From positions 60,876-124,875 of the forward strand of contig CAWGBN010000003.1 of the NCBI GenBank assembly GCA_963820825.1: a stretch of 64,000 nt of DNA. Direction: 5' to 3'. This document shows, one piece after another, positions 1 to 9,682 of the stretch; position 1 is the stretch's first letter, and the number at the start of each line of letters is the position of its first letter. The stretch comes from Vulcanimicrobiota bacterium (GTDB lineage Bacteria; Vulcanimicrobiota; Vulcanimicrobiia; Vulcanimicrobiales; Vulcanimicrobiaceae). A program made the position numbers and the translations under genes. Below the pieces are notes generated by a model. The model was not told where the DNA came from, searched no databases, and was given only the letters and a program-made list of their open reading frames with translations.

Positions 1-341
1 GAATGCCGAGTCATGAGAGTCTCATGCTCGCGCGAGTCTTCCGCGTACAATCCGAAACGGGCGGCGACCTCGCGCGCATTCTCGATCAATTGGCCGAGAC
101 GATCAAGCACCGGCGCCAGGTGACGCGAAAGATCGACGCGCTGACCGCCGAAGGCCGAATGAGCGCCTGGGTATTGATGCTCATCCCTATCTGTCTGGGC
201 GCATTCATCACCACAACGCAAGAGAGCATGGGACACGCTCTGCTCTATACGACTATCGGCCATATCGTATTGCTCATCGTCGCCGGCCTCGAAGCCGCGG
301 CGTACCTCTGGCTCAAAGCACTGCTGAGGATCGACGCCTGA
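1..341 (+). CDS. tadB: Tad pilus assembly protein TadB (T2SS F family), 5' partial
   Basis: VQSETGGDLARILDQLAETIK...ALTAEGRMSAWVL followed by two TM segments; directly upstream of tadC. Confidence 0.85.
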   Translation, partial: MPSHESLMLARVFRVQSETGGDLARILDQLAETIKHRRQVTRKIDALTAEGRMSAWVLMLIPICLGAFITTTQESMGHALLYTTIGHIVLLIVAGLEAAAYLWLKALLRIDA

Positions 342-1213
342 TGCCTGCACTATTCATCTTGCTCATCTCGATGCTCTCCGCCCTCGCGGCGTTCTTCTTT
401 CTTCTCTCGATCATTCCGACGAAGAACGTGCTGGCCGAGCAATTAGAAGAGCTCAAGACGCGCGACCCGATTAAGAAAGAGCGGTCTCCGCTCCCGTTCG
501 TCGAGCAAATTCTTACCGACGACCGGCGCGTCGCGCTCGCGCGCCGGCTCGCGGAGGCCGGCTGGTATACGACGACCCCGTTGAAGTTCGGGCTGCGCCT
601 CATCGCAGGGGCGTTTTTCGGCGCCGTGCTCGCTCTGGTCATCTGGCGTGTATTCGATATCGGAACCGCGTGGCTGATTCCGATGATCGGCGGTTTGGCG
701 TTCTGCGGAGGCTACGCCCCGTACTTCGTTCTCAATCGCGCGAGCGATTCGCGCAAGGCCACGATTCAAAAGAGTCTGCCCGAGTTTTTGGACATGGTCG
801 CTTCGACAGTGCAGGCCGGGCTCGCGCTCAACTCGGCGCTGGGATATGCCGTCGATGCGGTTCCCGGAGCGCTCGGCGACGAGATCAAGGAGGCGCTTTC
901 GCAGATTCGCATGGGCCGCGCGCGGGCCGACGCGCTGCGCGCAGTCGGCGAGCGAACGAACCAGCCGGCGTTGCGTAACGCGCTTCGGGTGATGACGCAA
1001 GCCGAACGTCTCGGCGCGAACGTGTCGAAGATGCTCAACGACCTCGCCGAAGACGCGCGCCATCAACGGCTAATGCTGGTCGAAGAGATGGCCGCAAAAT
1101 TGCCCGTGAAGATGGTCTTTCCGATGGTCTTCTTTATGATCCCGGCGATCATCACCGTGATTTTCGGCGCCGTCGCTGCGAACTATTTTGCGGGCACGGC
1201 CGGCAAACCGTGA
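341..1213 (+). CDS. tadC: Tad pilus assembly protein TadC (T2SS F family)
   Basis: LPEFLDMVASTVQAGL, QAERLGANV and AAKLPVKMVFPMVFF motifs; TGATG coupling to tadB. Confidence 0.88.
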   Translation: MPALFILLISMLSALAAFFFLLSIIPTKNVLAEQLEELKTRDPIKKERSPLPFVEQILTDDRRVALARRLAEAGWYTTTPLKFGLRLIAGAFFGAVLALVIWRVFDIGTAWLIPMIGGLAFCGGYAPYFVLNRASDSRKATIQKSLPEFLDMVASTVQAGLALNSALGYAVDAVPGALGDEIKEALSQIRMGRARADALRAVGERTNQPALRNALRVMTQAERLGANVSKMLNDLAEDARHQRLMLVEEMAAKLPVKMVFPMVFFMIPAIITVIFGAVAANYFAGTAGKP

Positions 1214-1821
1214 TCGCTGTTATCGCCGCGGCGCTCTTCTTCGCGTCGCTTGCGTTTATTGCCGTTTCGGCGAGCCGTGCCATTTGCACGGGCGTCACGC
1301 CGGACGAAGATGGCCCGCCCGCAGGGAAGCCGCCTTACGCGGTGCTCGTCGCCGCATCGGCGCTGCTGGGCGGGCTGCTCTTGTATTGGCACGCAACCCC
1401 GCTCCAGCTTGGCGTAGCGGCCATCGTGCTTTTCGCGCTGGTCGCCTGCTGGTGCAGCGATGCCCTGTGCGGCATGGTTCCGGACGTCTTCACCCTGACG
1501 CCGCTTGCGGCGCTGCTGCTCTTCTCTTTAGCGCAGCACAATTGGGATATTTGGTTCTCCGCGCTCGTCGCGTTCGCACCGTTTGCGGTTGCCGCGCTCT
1601 TTTCGCGCGGACGCGGCATGGGATGGGGCGACGTTAAGCTCGTTGCGCTCTCCGGCGCTGCGCTCGGCGCGCCGCTGGTCGTCTTCGTGCTTGCGGCGGC
1701 GTGCGGCGTTGCCGCCGTGATGCACGGCTTGAGCCGCACGAAACGCAACGGACCGATCGCGTTTGCGCCCTACATTGCTGCGGCCACCGGAATCGCATTA
1801 CCGCTGGGACTCGCGCACTAG
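1210..1821 (+). CDS. Prepilin peptidase, A24 family
   Basis: Multi-TM protein with CSD..GMVPD, GMGWGDVKL and C-terminal IAFAPYI; Tad context. Confidence 0.85.
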   Translation: MIAVIAAALFFASLAFIAVSASRAICTGVTPDEDGPPAGKPPYAVLVAASALLGGLLLYWHATPLQLGVAAIVLFALVACWCSDALCGMVPDVFTLTPLAALLLFSLAQHNWDIWFSALVAFAPFAVAALFSRGRGMGWGDVKLVALSGAALGAPLVVFVLAAACGVAAVMHGLSRTKRNGPIAFAPYIAAATGIALPLGLAH

Positions 1822-1836
1822 GTCGTTGCGCTAGCA

Positions 1837-2415
1837 ATGCGGCGTCCGGATTTTCTGACCGCACTCGCCGCCGCGACCTTCGCCGGCATGTCGCCGCGGG
1901 CGGTGCGCGCCGCAATCCCGGCGGCGCGACGGCGGATCCTCTGGCTCCGGCACGAGGCCGACTCCAGCGAAGTGATCGCCCCCTTCTGCGTCGACGGCCG
2001 CACGGTCTACCAGCCCGGCTACCGCGAGATCTGCTGGCTGATGCGTGACCGACACGTCCCCTCGGCGCAAGGCTACGTGCAGTTCGACGTCGTCGAGATC
2101 GAGGCGCTCTGGGAAGTGCAGCGCGCGCTCGCGCTCAACGGTATCTACAAACCGCTGGTCATCACCAGCGGCTACCGCACGCCGCAAACCAACGAAGCGA
2201 CCGAGAATGCGGCGCGCAACAGCATGCACCTCTACGCCAAAGCCGCCGACATGTACGTCGAGGGGCTCTCGATGCGCGATCTCTTCGACACGTGCTGGTC
2301 GCGCTCGATCTCCGGCGGAATGGGATACTACGACGACCACGTTCACCTCGATTCGGGAACCCGCCGCTGGTGGGTCGGCGACCTGGCCGTTCCGGTGTTC
2401 GAAAAACCAAGCTAG
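1837..2415 (+). CDS. YcbK/DUF882 family M15 metallopeptidase with Tat-like signal
   Basis: ITSGYRTPQTN, SMHLYAKAAD, GMGYY..HVHLDSG; N-terminal MRRPDFL. Confidence 0.88.
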   Translation: MRRPDFLTALAAATFAGMSPRAVRAAIPAARRRILWLRHEADSSEVIAPFCVDGRTVYQPGYREICWLMRDRHVPSAQGYVQFDVVEIEALWEVQRALALNGIYKPLVITSGYRTPQTNEATENAARNSMHLYAKAADMYVEGLSMRDLFDTCWSRSISGGMGYYDDHVHLDSGTRRWWVGDLAVPVFEKPS

Positions 2416-2470
2416 CGCTTTTTTAGCCAAGCGGCAACTGGTGACGCAGGTGAATCTTTTCGGAGGCGGT

Positions 2471-3802
2471 ATGGGTAGAAGCCACTACGATGTTGCTGCT
2501 GGCCCGGTCCCCCCGCCGGATCGTTTCGCGTCTGTCGTACGCGGCAGGCGCCTATTGGGCCGCAAACGTCGTCCTGGCCGCGATCGAGCTGCGCTGGCAC
2601 CCGATCACCCGGTTGCTGCTCTGGGACATCTCCCGTTTCAAGGAGCTGGCCCCGTTGTTCGCCCGTCTGATTCATCCCGGCGCCTAAGCGACTTCGACTT
2701 TAGCCATAACGGCATCGGCTTTCTACGCTTCTTCTTTGCGTCGCTCGTCGTCTGGTCGCACGCCTTCAACCTCGGCGGCTTCGGCATCGATCCGCTCTCG
2801 GCGTTCACTAAGGGCGTCGAGGACGGCGGTACGATCGCCGTCGACGGTTTCTTCGTACTCAGCGGCTTCTTGATCGCGCGCAGCTTCGAACGTACCGGTC
2901 ATCTCGGCCGGTACCTCTGGCATCGTGCGCTGCGCATCTTTCCCGGCTTTTGGGCATGCCTGGTCGTCGTGGCGTTCGGTTTTGCACCGCTCGTTTACGT
3001 TCACGAACGGGCGACGCTCGCCGGATTTTTCGCCGGGCCGAATTCGCCTTGGACGTACCTCAGTTCGAACGCCCTGCTGGTGATGAATCAGTACGATATC
3101 GGCGGACTGCTGGCCGGCGCGCCGGTACCGCTGCTCTTCAACCATTCGCTCTGGACGCTCCAGTACGAGTTTCTCTGTTACCTCATGGTCGGCGCGCTCG
3201 GAACGCTCGTGCTGGTGATGCGAAAGCCCGCGCTCTTCTTGCTGCCGCTAGGCCTCTGCTTCGCCCTCTTCGCGGCAGCATCGTGGTACCGCAGTCTCGA
3301 GCAGGTGCCGACGGCGCTGCGCGCGTTCGAGCTCTACACCTTCTTCGCCATCGGCCTCTGCGCGTACGTCTTTCGCGAGCGGTTGCCGGTTCGCGGCTCG
3401 CTCGCGTGCCTGTCGCTGCTGCTCGTTGCCGCGACGATCGCGACCCGCGCGTACGGCCTCGTTCTACCCTTCGCGCTCTCGTATCTCACGCTTTACGTCG
3501 CGATGTTTCTTCCGCTGCGCGACTTCGACAAGCGCTGCGACCTCTCGTACGGCATTTATATCTATGCGTTTCCCATATCGCAGCTCTCGACCGCGTTCGG
3601 CGTGGCGCGTGAAGGCTTCATGGCATATCTCGGCCTCGCGTACTTCGCCAGTTTAGCCTTCGCCGCAGCGAGCTGGTTCGGCATCGAGAAGCGCAGCCTC
3701 GCGCTAAAGAATTCGGTATTCTCTCGAGACGTGCGCCCGCAGCTAGGGGATCGCGTCCGGATACCAGTCCGCGAAGGCGCGTCGCGCACCGTTATCCCGT
3801 AG
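2471..3802 (+). CDS. Acyltransferase-3 (OafA-like) membrane O-acyltransferase; start uncertain
   Basis: NGIGFLR..ASLVVWSH, AVDGFFVLSGFLI, RALRIFP, NHSLWTLQYE, DLSYGIYIYAFP, SWFGIEK. Recognisable domain begins near 2680; ATG 2471 has GGAGG upstream. Confidence 0.85.
   Translation: MGRSHYDVAAGPVPPPDRFASVVRGRRLLGRKRRPGRDRAALAPDHPVAALGHLPFQGAGPVVRPSDSSRRLSDFDFSHNGIGFLRFFFASLVVWSHAFNLGGFGIDPLSAFTKGVEDGGTIAVDGFFVLSGFLIARSFERTGHLGRYLWHRALRIFPGFWACLVVVAFGFAPLVYVHERATLAGFFAGPNSPWTYLSSNALLVMNQYDIGGLLAGAPVPLLFNHSLWTLQYEFLCYLMVGALGTLVLVMRKPALFLLPLGLCFALFAAASWYRSLEQVPTALRAFELYTFFAIGLCAYVFRERLPVRGSLACLSLLLVAATIATRAYGLVLPFALSYLTLYVAMFLPLRDFDKRCDLSYGIYIYAFPISQLSTAFGVAREGFMAYLGLAYFASLAFAAASWFGIEKRSLALKNSVFSRDVRPQLGDRVRIPVREGASRTVIP
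2490..2687 (+). CDS. Possible small membrane protein, overlapping the putative N-terminal extension of the acyltransferase
   Basis: 65-aa ORF with hydrophobic stretch YAAGAYWAANVVLAAI; no recognised motif. Confidence 0.3.
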   Translation: MLLLARSPRRIVSRLSYAAGAYWAANVVLAAIELRWHPITRLLLWDISRFKELAPLFARLIHPGA

Positions 3803-3963
3803 CACCGGGTACGAATCAAACCAAGAGAGTTCTTCACCAAGCCAATCAACGGGCAGGCATTCGGCGGCCGAACGACCGGCGATGCATCTCGTCGCGCGGG
3901 TCCTCCGGCAGGCACGCAATCGACAGGCACGTAACGCAGCGTGATGGGAGACGGCGTCCGGCC

Positions 3964-5319
3964 GTGCTAGCGCGGCAGCGAATTGCGTGGCCGGCGGCGG
4001 TCATCGCGCTCTTCCTCGTCGTAGCCGGCGTCTATACCTACCTTGGAATGTGGCGCTACGCCATCTTTCGAGCCGGCATCGACGATTTGATTTTCACGCA
4101 AATCGTAAACGGCGCGTTCTCGGGATTTTCGGCGGCGGTTGAAGGCTCGGTCAATCATTTCCTGGTGCACTTTTCGCCGATCTTATACGCCGCCGTACCG
4201 TTCGTTCGCGCGTTCGACGGTGCACGCGGCTTAGTTCTGCTGCAATGCCTGCTTACGGCCGCGACGATCGTCCCGTTGTGGGGACTCGCCTCGGCGCGCT
4301 TGCCGAAGTGGCTCGCTTTTGTAACGACGTTCGTGGCGGCGACCTACCCGGTGCTCAGCGCCGAGGCGGTCGGAGACTTTCACGAGCTCGCCTTTGCGCC
4401 GCCGATTGCCGCGACGATGGTCTGGGCGATCGACCGGAGACGGTGGCGGGTTGCGGTCGTGATGGCCGCACTGCTCGCGATGGTCAAGGAGGATCAGTTC
4501 GTCAGCCTGGCATGGATCGGACTCGCGGTCGCGTTTATAGGGCGCCGAGACCGGCAGATGCGCTCGTGCGGTGCGTGGATCGCTGCCGTCGGCGTCGGCG
4601 CCGCGATACTCTACTTCGGGATCCTACGTCCGCTGATCGACGTCCATTCTCAATACTTCTCGTTTCACTACTACGAGTGGTGGCGCTTTCCGGCGACGCC
4701 GGCGGGGTTTGCGGGTCCGCTCTCACCGCTGCGCGCGCAGTACCTCGTCGCGATTCTGCTGCCGCTCGCCTTTCTGCCGCTGGCGTCGCGGTACGCGCTC
4801 TTTGCGCTCCCGGGTTTGGCCGAAGTCCTGCTCTCGCACGAGGCGATAACGATGGCGCTGGGCGCGCATTACACCGCGACGTGGAGCCCGTACTTGCTCT
4901 GCGCCTTCGTCGACGGGACCTCAGTCGTCTACCGCCATTCCCAGGCGTTTGCGAAGGGGGCGCTTGTCGTTGCGCTGCTCGCCTCCGTTTGGACGTCGCG
5001 CTTTTACAGCCCGATCGATCCCGGCTTCGCGCTCTACCGGCGCCCAAACGCCCAGGACGCAACCCGCGAGCACGTGCTGGCCACGTTGCCGCGCAGCGCG
5101 GTCGTCGGAAGCGGCGCATTTATCTTACCGCACATCGCCATGAACCCGCACGCCACGATCGCCATGGAGAACGGCCAGACATATCTGGTCTTCGACGCAT
5201 TCACCGATCCGGCGTATTGGTCGGCCAAGGACGCACCGAAGGTTGATCGGCTCGTTAGAAGCGGCGCCTACCGTCGCGCCTTCGCCGGCGCGGGAATCGT
5301 CGTGCTCGTGAAGCCATGA
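3964..5319 (+). CDS. DUF2079-type membrane protein (GT-C-like)
   Basis: DDLIFTQ, NHFLVHFSPIL, DFHELAF, VKED, HYTA motifs; multi-TM. Confidence 0.75.
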   Translation: MLARQRIAWPAAVIALFLVVAGVYTYLGMWRYAIFRAGIDDLIFTQIVNGAFSGFSAAVEGSVNHFLVHFSPILYAAVPFVRAFDGARGLVLLQCLLTAATIVPLWGLASARLPKWLAFVTTFVAATYPVLSAEAVGDFHELAFAPPIAATMVWAIDRRRWRVAVVMAALLAMVKEDQFVSLAWIGLAVAFIGRRDRQMRSCGAWIAAVGVGAAILYFGILRPLIDVHSQYFSFHYYEWWRFPATPAGFAGPLSPLRAQYLVAILLPLAFLPLASRYALFALPGLAEVLLSHEAITMALGAHYTATWSPYLLCAFVDGTSVVYRHSQAFAKGALVVALLASVWTSRFYSPIDPGFALYRRPNAQDATREHVLATLPRSAVVGSGAFILPHIAMNPHATIAMENGQTYLVFDAFTDPAYWSAKDAPKVDRLVRSGAYRRAFAGAGIVVLVKP

Positions 5320-5322
5320 GGC

Positions 5323-5979
5323 TCACGCTGCGCGCGTCATCGCCGGCTGCTCGATGCGGCTCTTATCGATGACGATCGACGCGCGGTGAGCCGGCTCGCA
5401 TTTCGCAAGGTATCGTTGCTGCCCGCCGACGTAGCGTTGGCGATAGAGCGCGAGCGGAATGGAGGTCGGTTCTCGCTCCAAGCCGCGAGCGAGCGAGATG
5501 TCAAAGGGGACGTCGAGGTAGATGGAGAGATCCCAGTACGCTCGCAGTTCGCTGCGATGCAGAAAAGATGCCGTCGAATAGTAGAATGGCGCGGTCCGGC
5601 GCAATCTCTCGCGCAACCGAAATTTCCCAATCGAGGCGATGATCGAAGAAGGCACGCTGGTACGCTCTCGAGCCGCCCGGACTCAGCGGATCCAACAGCG
5701 GCTCCGTCAGGGCCGCGTAGTTATACGAATCGAAGTAAAAGCCGTCGGGCGAGTATCGTCCGCGCGCGTACCGAATGCGCCGCGGGTTCTGAAAATCGTC
5801 GACGCCGGCGCGAATGGTCCGATGTCCGCGCGTTTCCAGCACGTCTGCAAGCTCGTCGGCGAAGATGCTCTTCCCGCCCCATCGACGCCGTCAATGGCCA
5901 CTCTCGTCACCGAGTCGCTCGTCATCGCCTCGATCCGATCTGCCACGGATTCCAGCATGGCCGTACGCTCCGGCGTGAC
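5323..5979 (-). pseudogene. Uridine kinase-like P-loop kinase, split by two frameshifts (possibly sequencing errors)
   Basis: Three frames join: RVAIDGVDGAG[K]S / DDFQNPRRIRY..SPDGFYFDSYNY..LLFDGIF / LHRSELRAYWDLSIYLDVPF..RYVGGQ. Confidence 0.8.
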
Positions 5980-6008
5980 GACTCTTTCTAACGCCGCTTG
6001 ACCGCGTT

Positions 6009-6302
6009 CTACTCGTTCCACTCGTCGGCATCCAGCTCGGGCCTCGTCACGTACGCCCACATCGACGGGTCGGTCACCACGTGCTGATAGAACCGAGCGT
6101 TCCAAGCATTCTGCAAGCAAAAAGCGCCGGCGACGGCCGCGGCGGCGAAACCGATGAATGTGCCCGTGCGCCACGCCGCTACCGCGCTCCCCGCGGCAAC
6201 GACCAAGCAAATCCAAGCCCACATTCCGTAACGCTCGCTCTGCGAGACGCACCATTGCGCCGTCATCTCGTTGACGGTCTTTGGCTGTGACGAGTCGAGC
6301 AC
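6009..6302 (-). CDS. Hypothetical small membrane protein
   Basis: Two TM segments; co-oriented between GNAT and kinase. Confidence 0.55.
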   Translation of the reverse strand: MLDSSQPKTVNEMTAQWCVSQSERYGMWAWICLVVAAGSAVAAWRTGTFIGFAAAAVAGAFCLQNAWNARFYQHVVTDPSMWAYVTRPELDADEWNE

Positions 6303-6326
6303 GGGTCCTCCGATCCGCGGGGGATC

Positions 6327-6863
6327 CTATGGGGCGTTCAAATCGATCGTATACCTGCGTCGCTTCGGCCCGGGCAGCGGTGAATCCGCGATCCGTACCC
6401 CGCCGCACTTCTCGATGACTCGCAGGGAGGCGCGGTTATCGTCGAGACACGTTACCAATGCCTGCCGCTCGCCGCGCTGCGCCAAGCACTTCAGCGCTTC
6501 GCAAAGCGCGAAGGTCGCGATACCTTGGTTGCGATAGCCCGGATGAACGAGATAGCCCACGTGGCCGCCGACGTAGTGCAGCCAGCCCTCGAGCCTGCGG
6601 CGCACGCTGATCTCGCCGACGACCACGCCATCCTTGACGATCCAGAACTCGTCGGACGGAACCCAGCCCTCCGAAAGTCCTCGCCCTTCGCTCCAGCCGT
6701 TGAGCAGATCGATGTATGCGGGAACGTCGGTATGGGCGATCTCCGTCGAATCGATGTTTGGGGCGGGCGCCCAGCGATCGTCGCCGGCCGCTACAAAGGC
6801 GTCGCGCATTTCGGCGAACGATTCCGCCAGATCGAGACTCGGACGCCGCAGCGAGAGAGGCAA
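6327..6863 (-). CDS. GNAT acetyltransferase
   Basis: GGHVGYLVHPGYRNQGIAT and VTCLDDNRASLRVIEKCGG. Confidence 0.88.
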   Translation of the reverse strand: MPLSLRRPSLDLAESFAEMRDAFVAAGDDRWAPAPNIDSTEIAHTDVPAYIDLLNGWSEGRGLSEGWVPSDEFWIVKDGVVVGEISVRRRLEGWLHYVGGHVGYLVHPGYRNQGIATFALCEALKCLAQRGERQALVTCLDDNRASLRVIEKCGGVRIADSPLPGPKRRRYTIDLNAP

Positions 6864-6876
6864 ATGCCGGACGAGG

Positions 6877-9678
6877 TTACGACGGCTGCGGCTGTTCGCG
6901 CGGACCGTGCGATCGCGCCCCGTGCGCGGGCAGAGCCAGCGCGCCGGCGACGCCGGCCAGAATCGATAGGCCGATCCACGTCGGCAGGCGCAGCAGCCAC
7001 ATCGCCGGTCGGTTCGTCGAATCTCCGAGCACGAAGCTGCGCCAGCTCGCCTCGGCTAAACGCGGATCGATCGCCGCATAGACGTGCGGCGCCGCGGCGG
7101 CGTGCGGCGGCGATCCGGCTGCGAGGATAAAGAGCGCGACGATCGCGGCGAACGTGGCGACGGCCGTACCGAGGACTGCCGCGCGATCTCTCCGCCAGAG
7201 CGCGTAGGCGAGATATGCCGCCGGAAAAATCGGCGCGAGGAAGAGTGCCGCCGAGCTCGCCTCCATCCATGGAATCGCCAACAGGATCAAAGCGGCAAAG
7301 ATCCAGCCGCGATACTCGGCGGCGCGCCCGTAGAGCACGAGCGCTGCCGGTACTGCCGCGGCGATCTCGCCGGTGTGCACGAACGTTCCGCCGAGCAGCG
7401 CGAACGCCGGCGGAACGAGCGCGATCAATGCCGGTTCGGCGTAACGGCGCGCGAGCGCAAGCCCTGCAAAGACTCCAAGCGTGGTCATCACGCCATACGA
7501 GATTTCACCGAACAACACGGCCGGCGTATCGGAAAAGCCGAGTGCCGAAACGACGGTCGAGAGACTATATTGATTGTCGCGCGAGACCTCCGAGAGCGCG
7601 TGCGCGGGCAGGACCTGAGTAACGTACGCGATCGTCTGCGCGATGCCGCCCGTTGCGATCGAGAGTACGGCGAGTGCGAGCAATCCGGCGAGTATCGGAA
7701 CCCGGGCGCGAGCGTATCCGGCAAAGAGCGCGATGGCCGCGGGGAGCGCAAGATGCGGTTCGACCATCGCAACCACAATCGCCAACGCCGTGTACACCGG
7801 CCTGCCGGCTGACGCGAAGAACGCGGCGAGCACGAGTGCCGCAAGCGCGAACGGAAGCGCATTACCCGGCGAAAACGAGGTCAAACCCGCGCAGAGCGCG
7901 AGCGCCGCCCAAGCGACGAGCGGAGGAACGCGCGCGAAACGCGCCAGCGCGTAGGCCGCACCGAGCAGCGCGCATGCGAGGACGCACCACCATACGACGA
8001 TCGCCGTTTGAAACGATGCGAAGGTCAATGGATAGAAGAGCGCCAGTGCGTAGGGCGGATAGGGCGCGGGAACGGTGACGTTCGCCGCCGCTCGATAGTA
8101 CGGGGCCGCAACCGTACTCTCGCACGCGTGAAGCGGCGCCGCCAAGTACGGATCTCCGCCCTCGCGCTGGATCAGTGCGGCGCAATAATACGCGCGCCCG
8201 TCTACGCCGAGCCACCCGGCATGCTCGTCTCCATAGACCTGCGCCGCAATTGGCACGAGCGTGCAGACGGCACCCAGCGCAATCGCAGGCGCGGCCGCGG
8301 CGAGTCGCAACCCGGCGGCTCTAGCGAGCAGCGCGAGCAGCGTTGCGAGAGCGACCCATGTCGGCAAGCGTAACATCCAGCCGGCGAGTACGTTCGTCGA
8401 GCCTCTCGCGGTGAAGTGACTCCACGACGCTTCGGCGAGCCGCGGATCGATCGTTGGAGCAACGGCGTGCGCCGCCGCGTGCGGTGCGGCAGCGACGAGT
8501 TCGATCAATCCGAGCACGAGCGCCGCCGTGCCGACTCCCGCGACGAGCGCGTATCGGCCCTCCCGCGTATAACTCCAGGCAAGATACGCAACGGGTACGA
8601 GCGGCGCGACGATGAGTGCGGGTGAGATCGCCCAATCCCACGGCACGGCGAGCACGAGCAAAGCGGCGATCGCGAGCGCACGGTACGTTCGCGTGGAATA
8701 CGCCACCAGCAGCGCCGCGGCCGGAAGCGCTGCGGCCATCTGGGTGATGTGAATGAACGTGCCCCCGAAAACGGCGAACGCCGGCGGAACGCAGGCAAGA
8801 AAGGCGGGGTTTCGCGTTCGCTTCGCCAAGGCACCGGCGACGAGCGCGCCGGCAACGAGCATCACCGCGTACCAGAGCGTGCCCGCGCGTACCGCCGATT
8901 GCGGCGAGAATCCGAGCGCCGCCAAGACGGCCGTCAGGCTATATTGCGTGTCGCGAGTCGCTTCGGAGAGAGCGTGTGCCGGCAGAACGCTGCTGAAGTA
9001 CTCGAGGTTGACGCTCGGACCGAGCGCGACGAGCGAGAGCGCGCCCAAAACGGCGAACGCGAGTCCAAGCGTCATCCGCGTTGCGGGAAGCCATACCGCA
9101 AGCGCGACGCAGACCGGCAAGCCGAGATGGGGTTCGATCATCGCACCTGCAGCGGCAAGAGCCGCGGCTCGCGCACGCCCTTGGTAGGCGAAGTACCCGC
9201 AGAGCGCGATGCAGCCGAGTGCGAGCGGAACGATCTCCCCAAACGGCAGGCAGAGCGCGGCGAGCGCGAGCGCGAGAATGGCGAGCGCGGTCTCGCGCCT
9301 GAGGTCTGCAAATCGTGCGAGGCTAAGCACGCAAACGGCACACGCGAGCGCAAGCAGCGCGCTCCAAAGGACGGCGGCAACCGGGAAGGGCAGGCGCGCG
9401 AGCGGGACGAGCGCGGCAATCGAGTATCCCGGCAGCGGCGCGGGAATCGCAATACCTGGATTCTTCTTAAAGAACGGGGTTATCCCCAGCGCCGTTTCGC
9501 ACGAGCGCAGCGGCTCGACGTGGTAGGGATTCGCACCGGTGGACGCCACGCGCGCGGCGCAGTAAAAGGCGCGAAAATCGCCCATCAAAAAGCCGGTGCG
9601 GGTAACGACGCTCGTCTGAAGGCCCAGCGCGATTAGGGCTGCCAACAGGACGGCCGCGCCTTCCCAGCGGCGTCCCAT
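6877..9678 (-). CDS. Membrane GT-C/GT87-like glycosyltransferase with two tandem copies of the domain
   Basis: DFRAFYCAA..GANPY and DGRAYYCAA..GGDPY; all downstream motifs occur twice; ATG 9678 lies just after the regulator stop. Confidence 0.7.
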   Translation of the reverse strand: MGRRWEGAAVLLAALIALGLQTSVVTRTGFLMGDFRAFYCAARVASTGANPYHVEPLRSCETALGITPFFKKNPGIAIPAPLPGYSIAALVPLARLPFPVAAVLWSALLALACAVCVLSLARFADLRRETALAILALALAALCLPFGEIVPLALGCIALCGYFAYQGRARAAALAAAGAMIEPHLGLPVCVALAVWLPATRMTLGLAFAVLGALSLVALGPSVNLEYFSSVLPAHALSEATRDTQYSLTAVLAALGFSPQSAVRAGTLWYAVMLVAGALVAGALAKRTRNPAFLACVPPAFAVFGGTFIHITQMAAALPAAALLVAYSTRTYRALAIAALLVLAVPWDWAISPALIVAPLVPVAYLAWSYTREGRYALVAGVGTAALVLGLIELVAAAPHAAAHAVAPTIDPRLAEASWSHFTARGSTNVLAGWMLRLPTWVALATLLALLARAAGLRLAAAAPAIALGAVCTLVPIAAQVYGDEHAGWLGVDGRAYYCAALIQREGGDPYLAAPLHACESTVAAPYYRAAANVTVPAPYPPYALALFYPLTFASFQTAIVVWWCVLACALLGAAYALARFARVPPLVAWAALALCAGLTSFSPGNALPFALAALVLAAFFASAGRPVYTALAIVVAMVEPHLALPAAIALFAGYARARVPILAGLLALAVLSIATGGIAQTIAYVTQVLPAHALSEVSRDNQYSLSTVVSALGFSDTPAVLFGEISYGVMTTLGVFAGLALARRYAEPALIALVPPAFALLGGTFVHTGEIAAAVPAALVLYGRAAEYRGWIFAALILLAIPWMEASSAALFLAPIFPAAYLAYALWRRDRAAVLGTAVATFAAIVALFILAAGSPPHAAAAPHVYAAIDPRLAEASWRSFVLGDSTNRPAMWLLRLPTWIGLSILAGVAGALALPAHGARSHGPREQPQPS

Positions 9679-9682
9679 GAGA

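Noticed and set aside
2045..2470. N-terminal extension of the 585-aa acyltransferase ORF
   Set aside because: Overlaps the DUF882 gene out of frame; low-complexity translation
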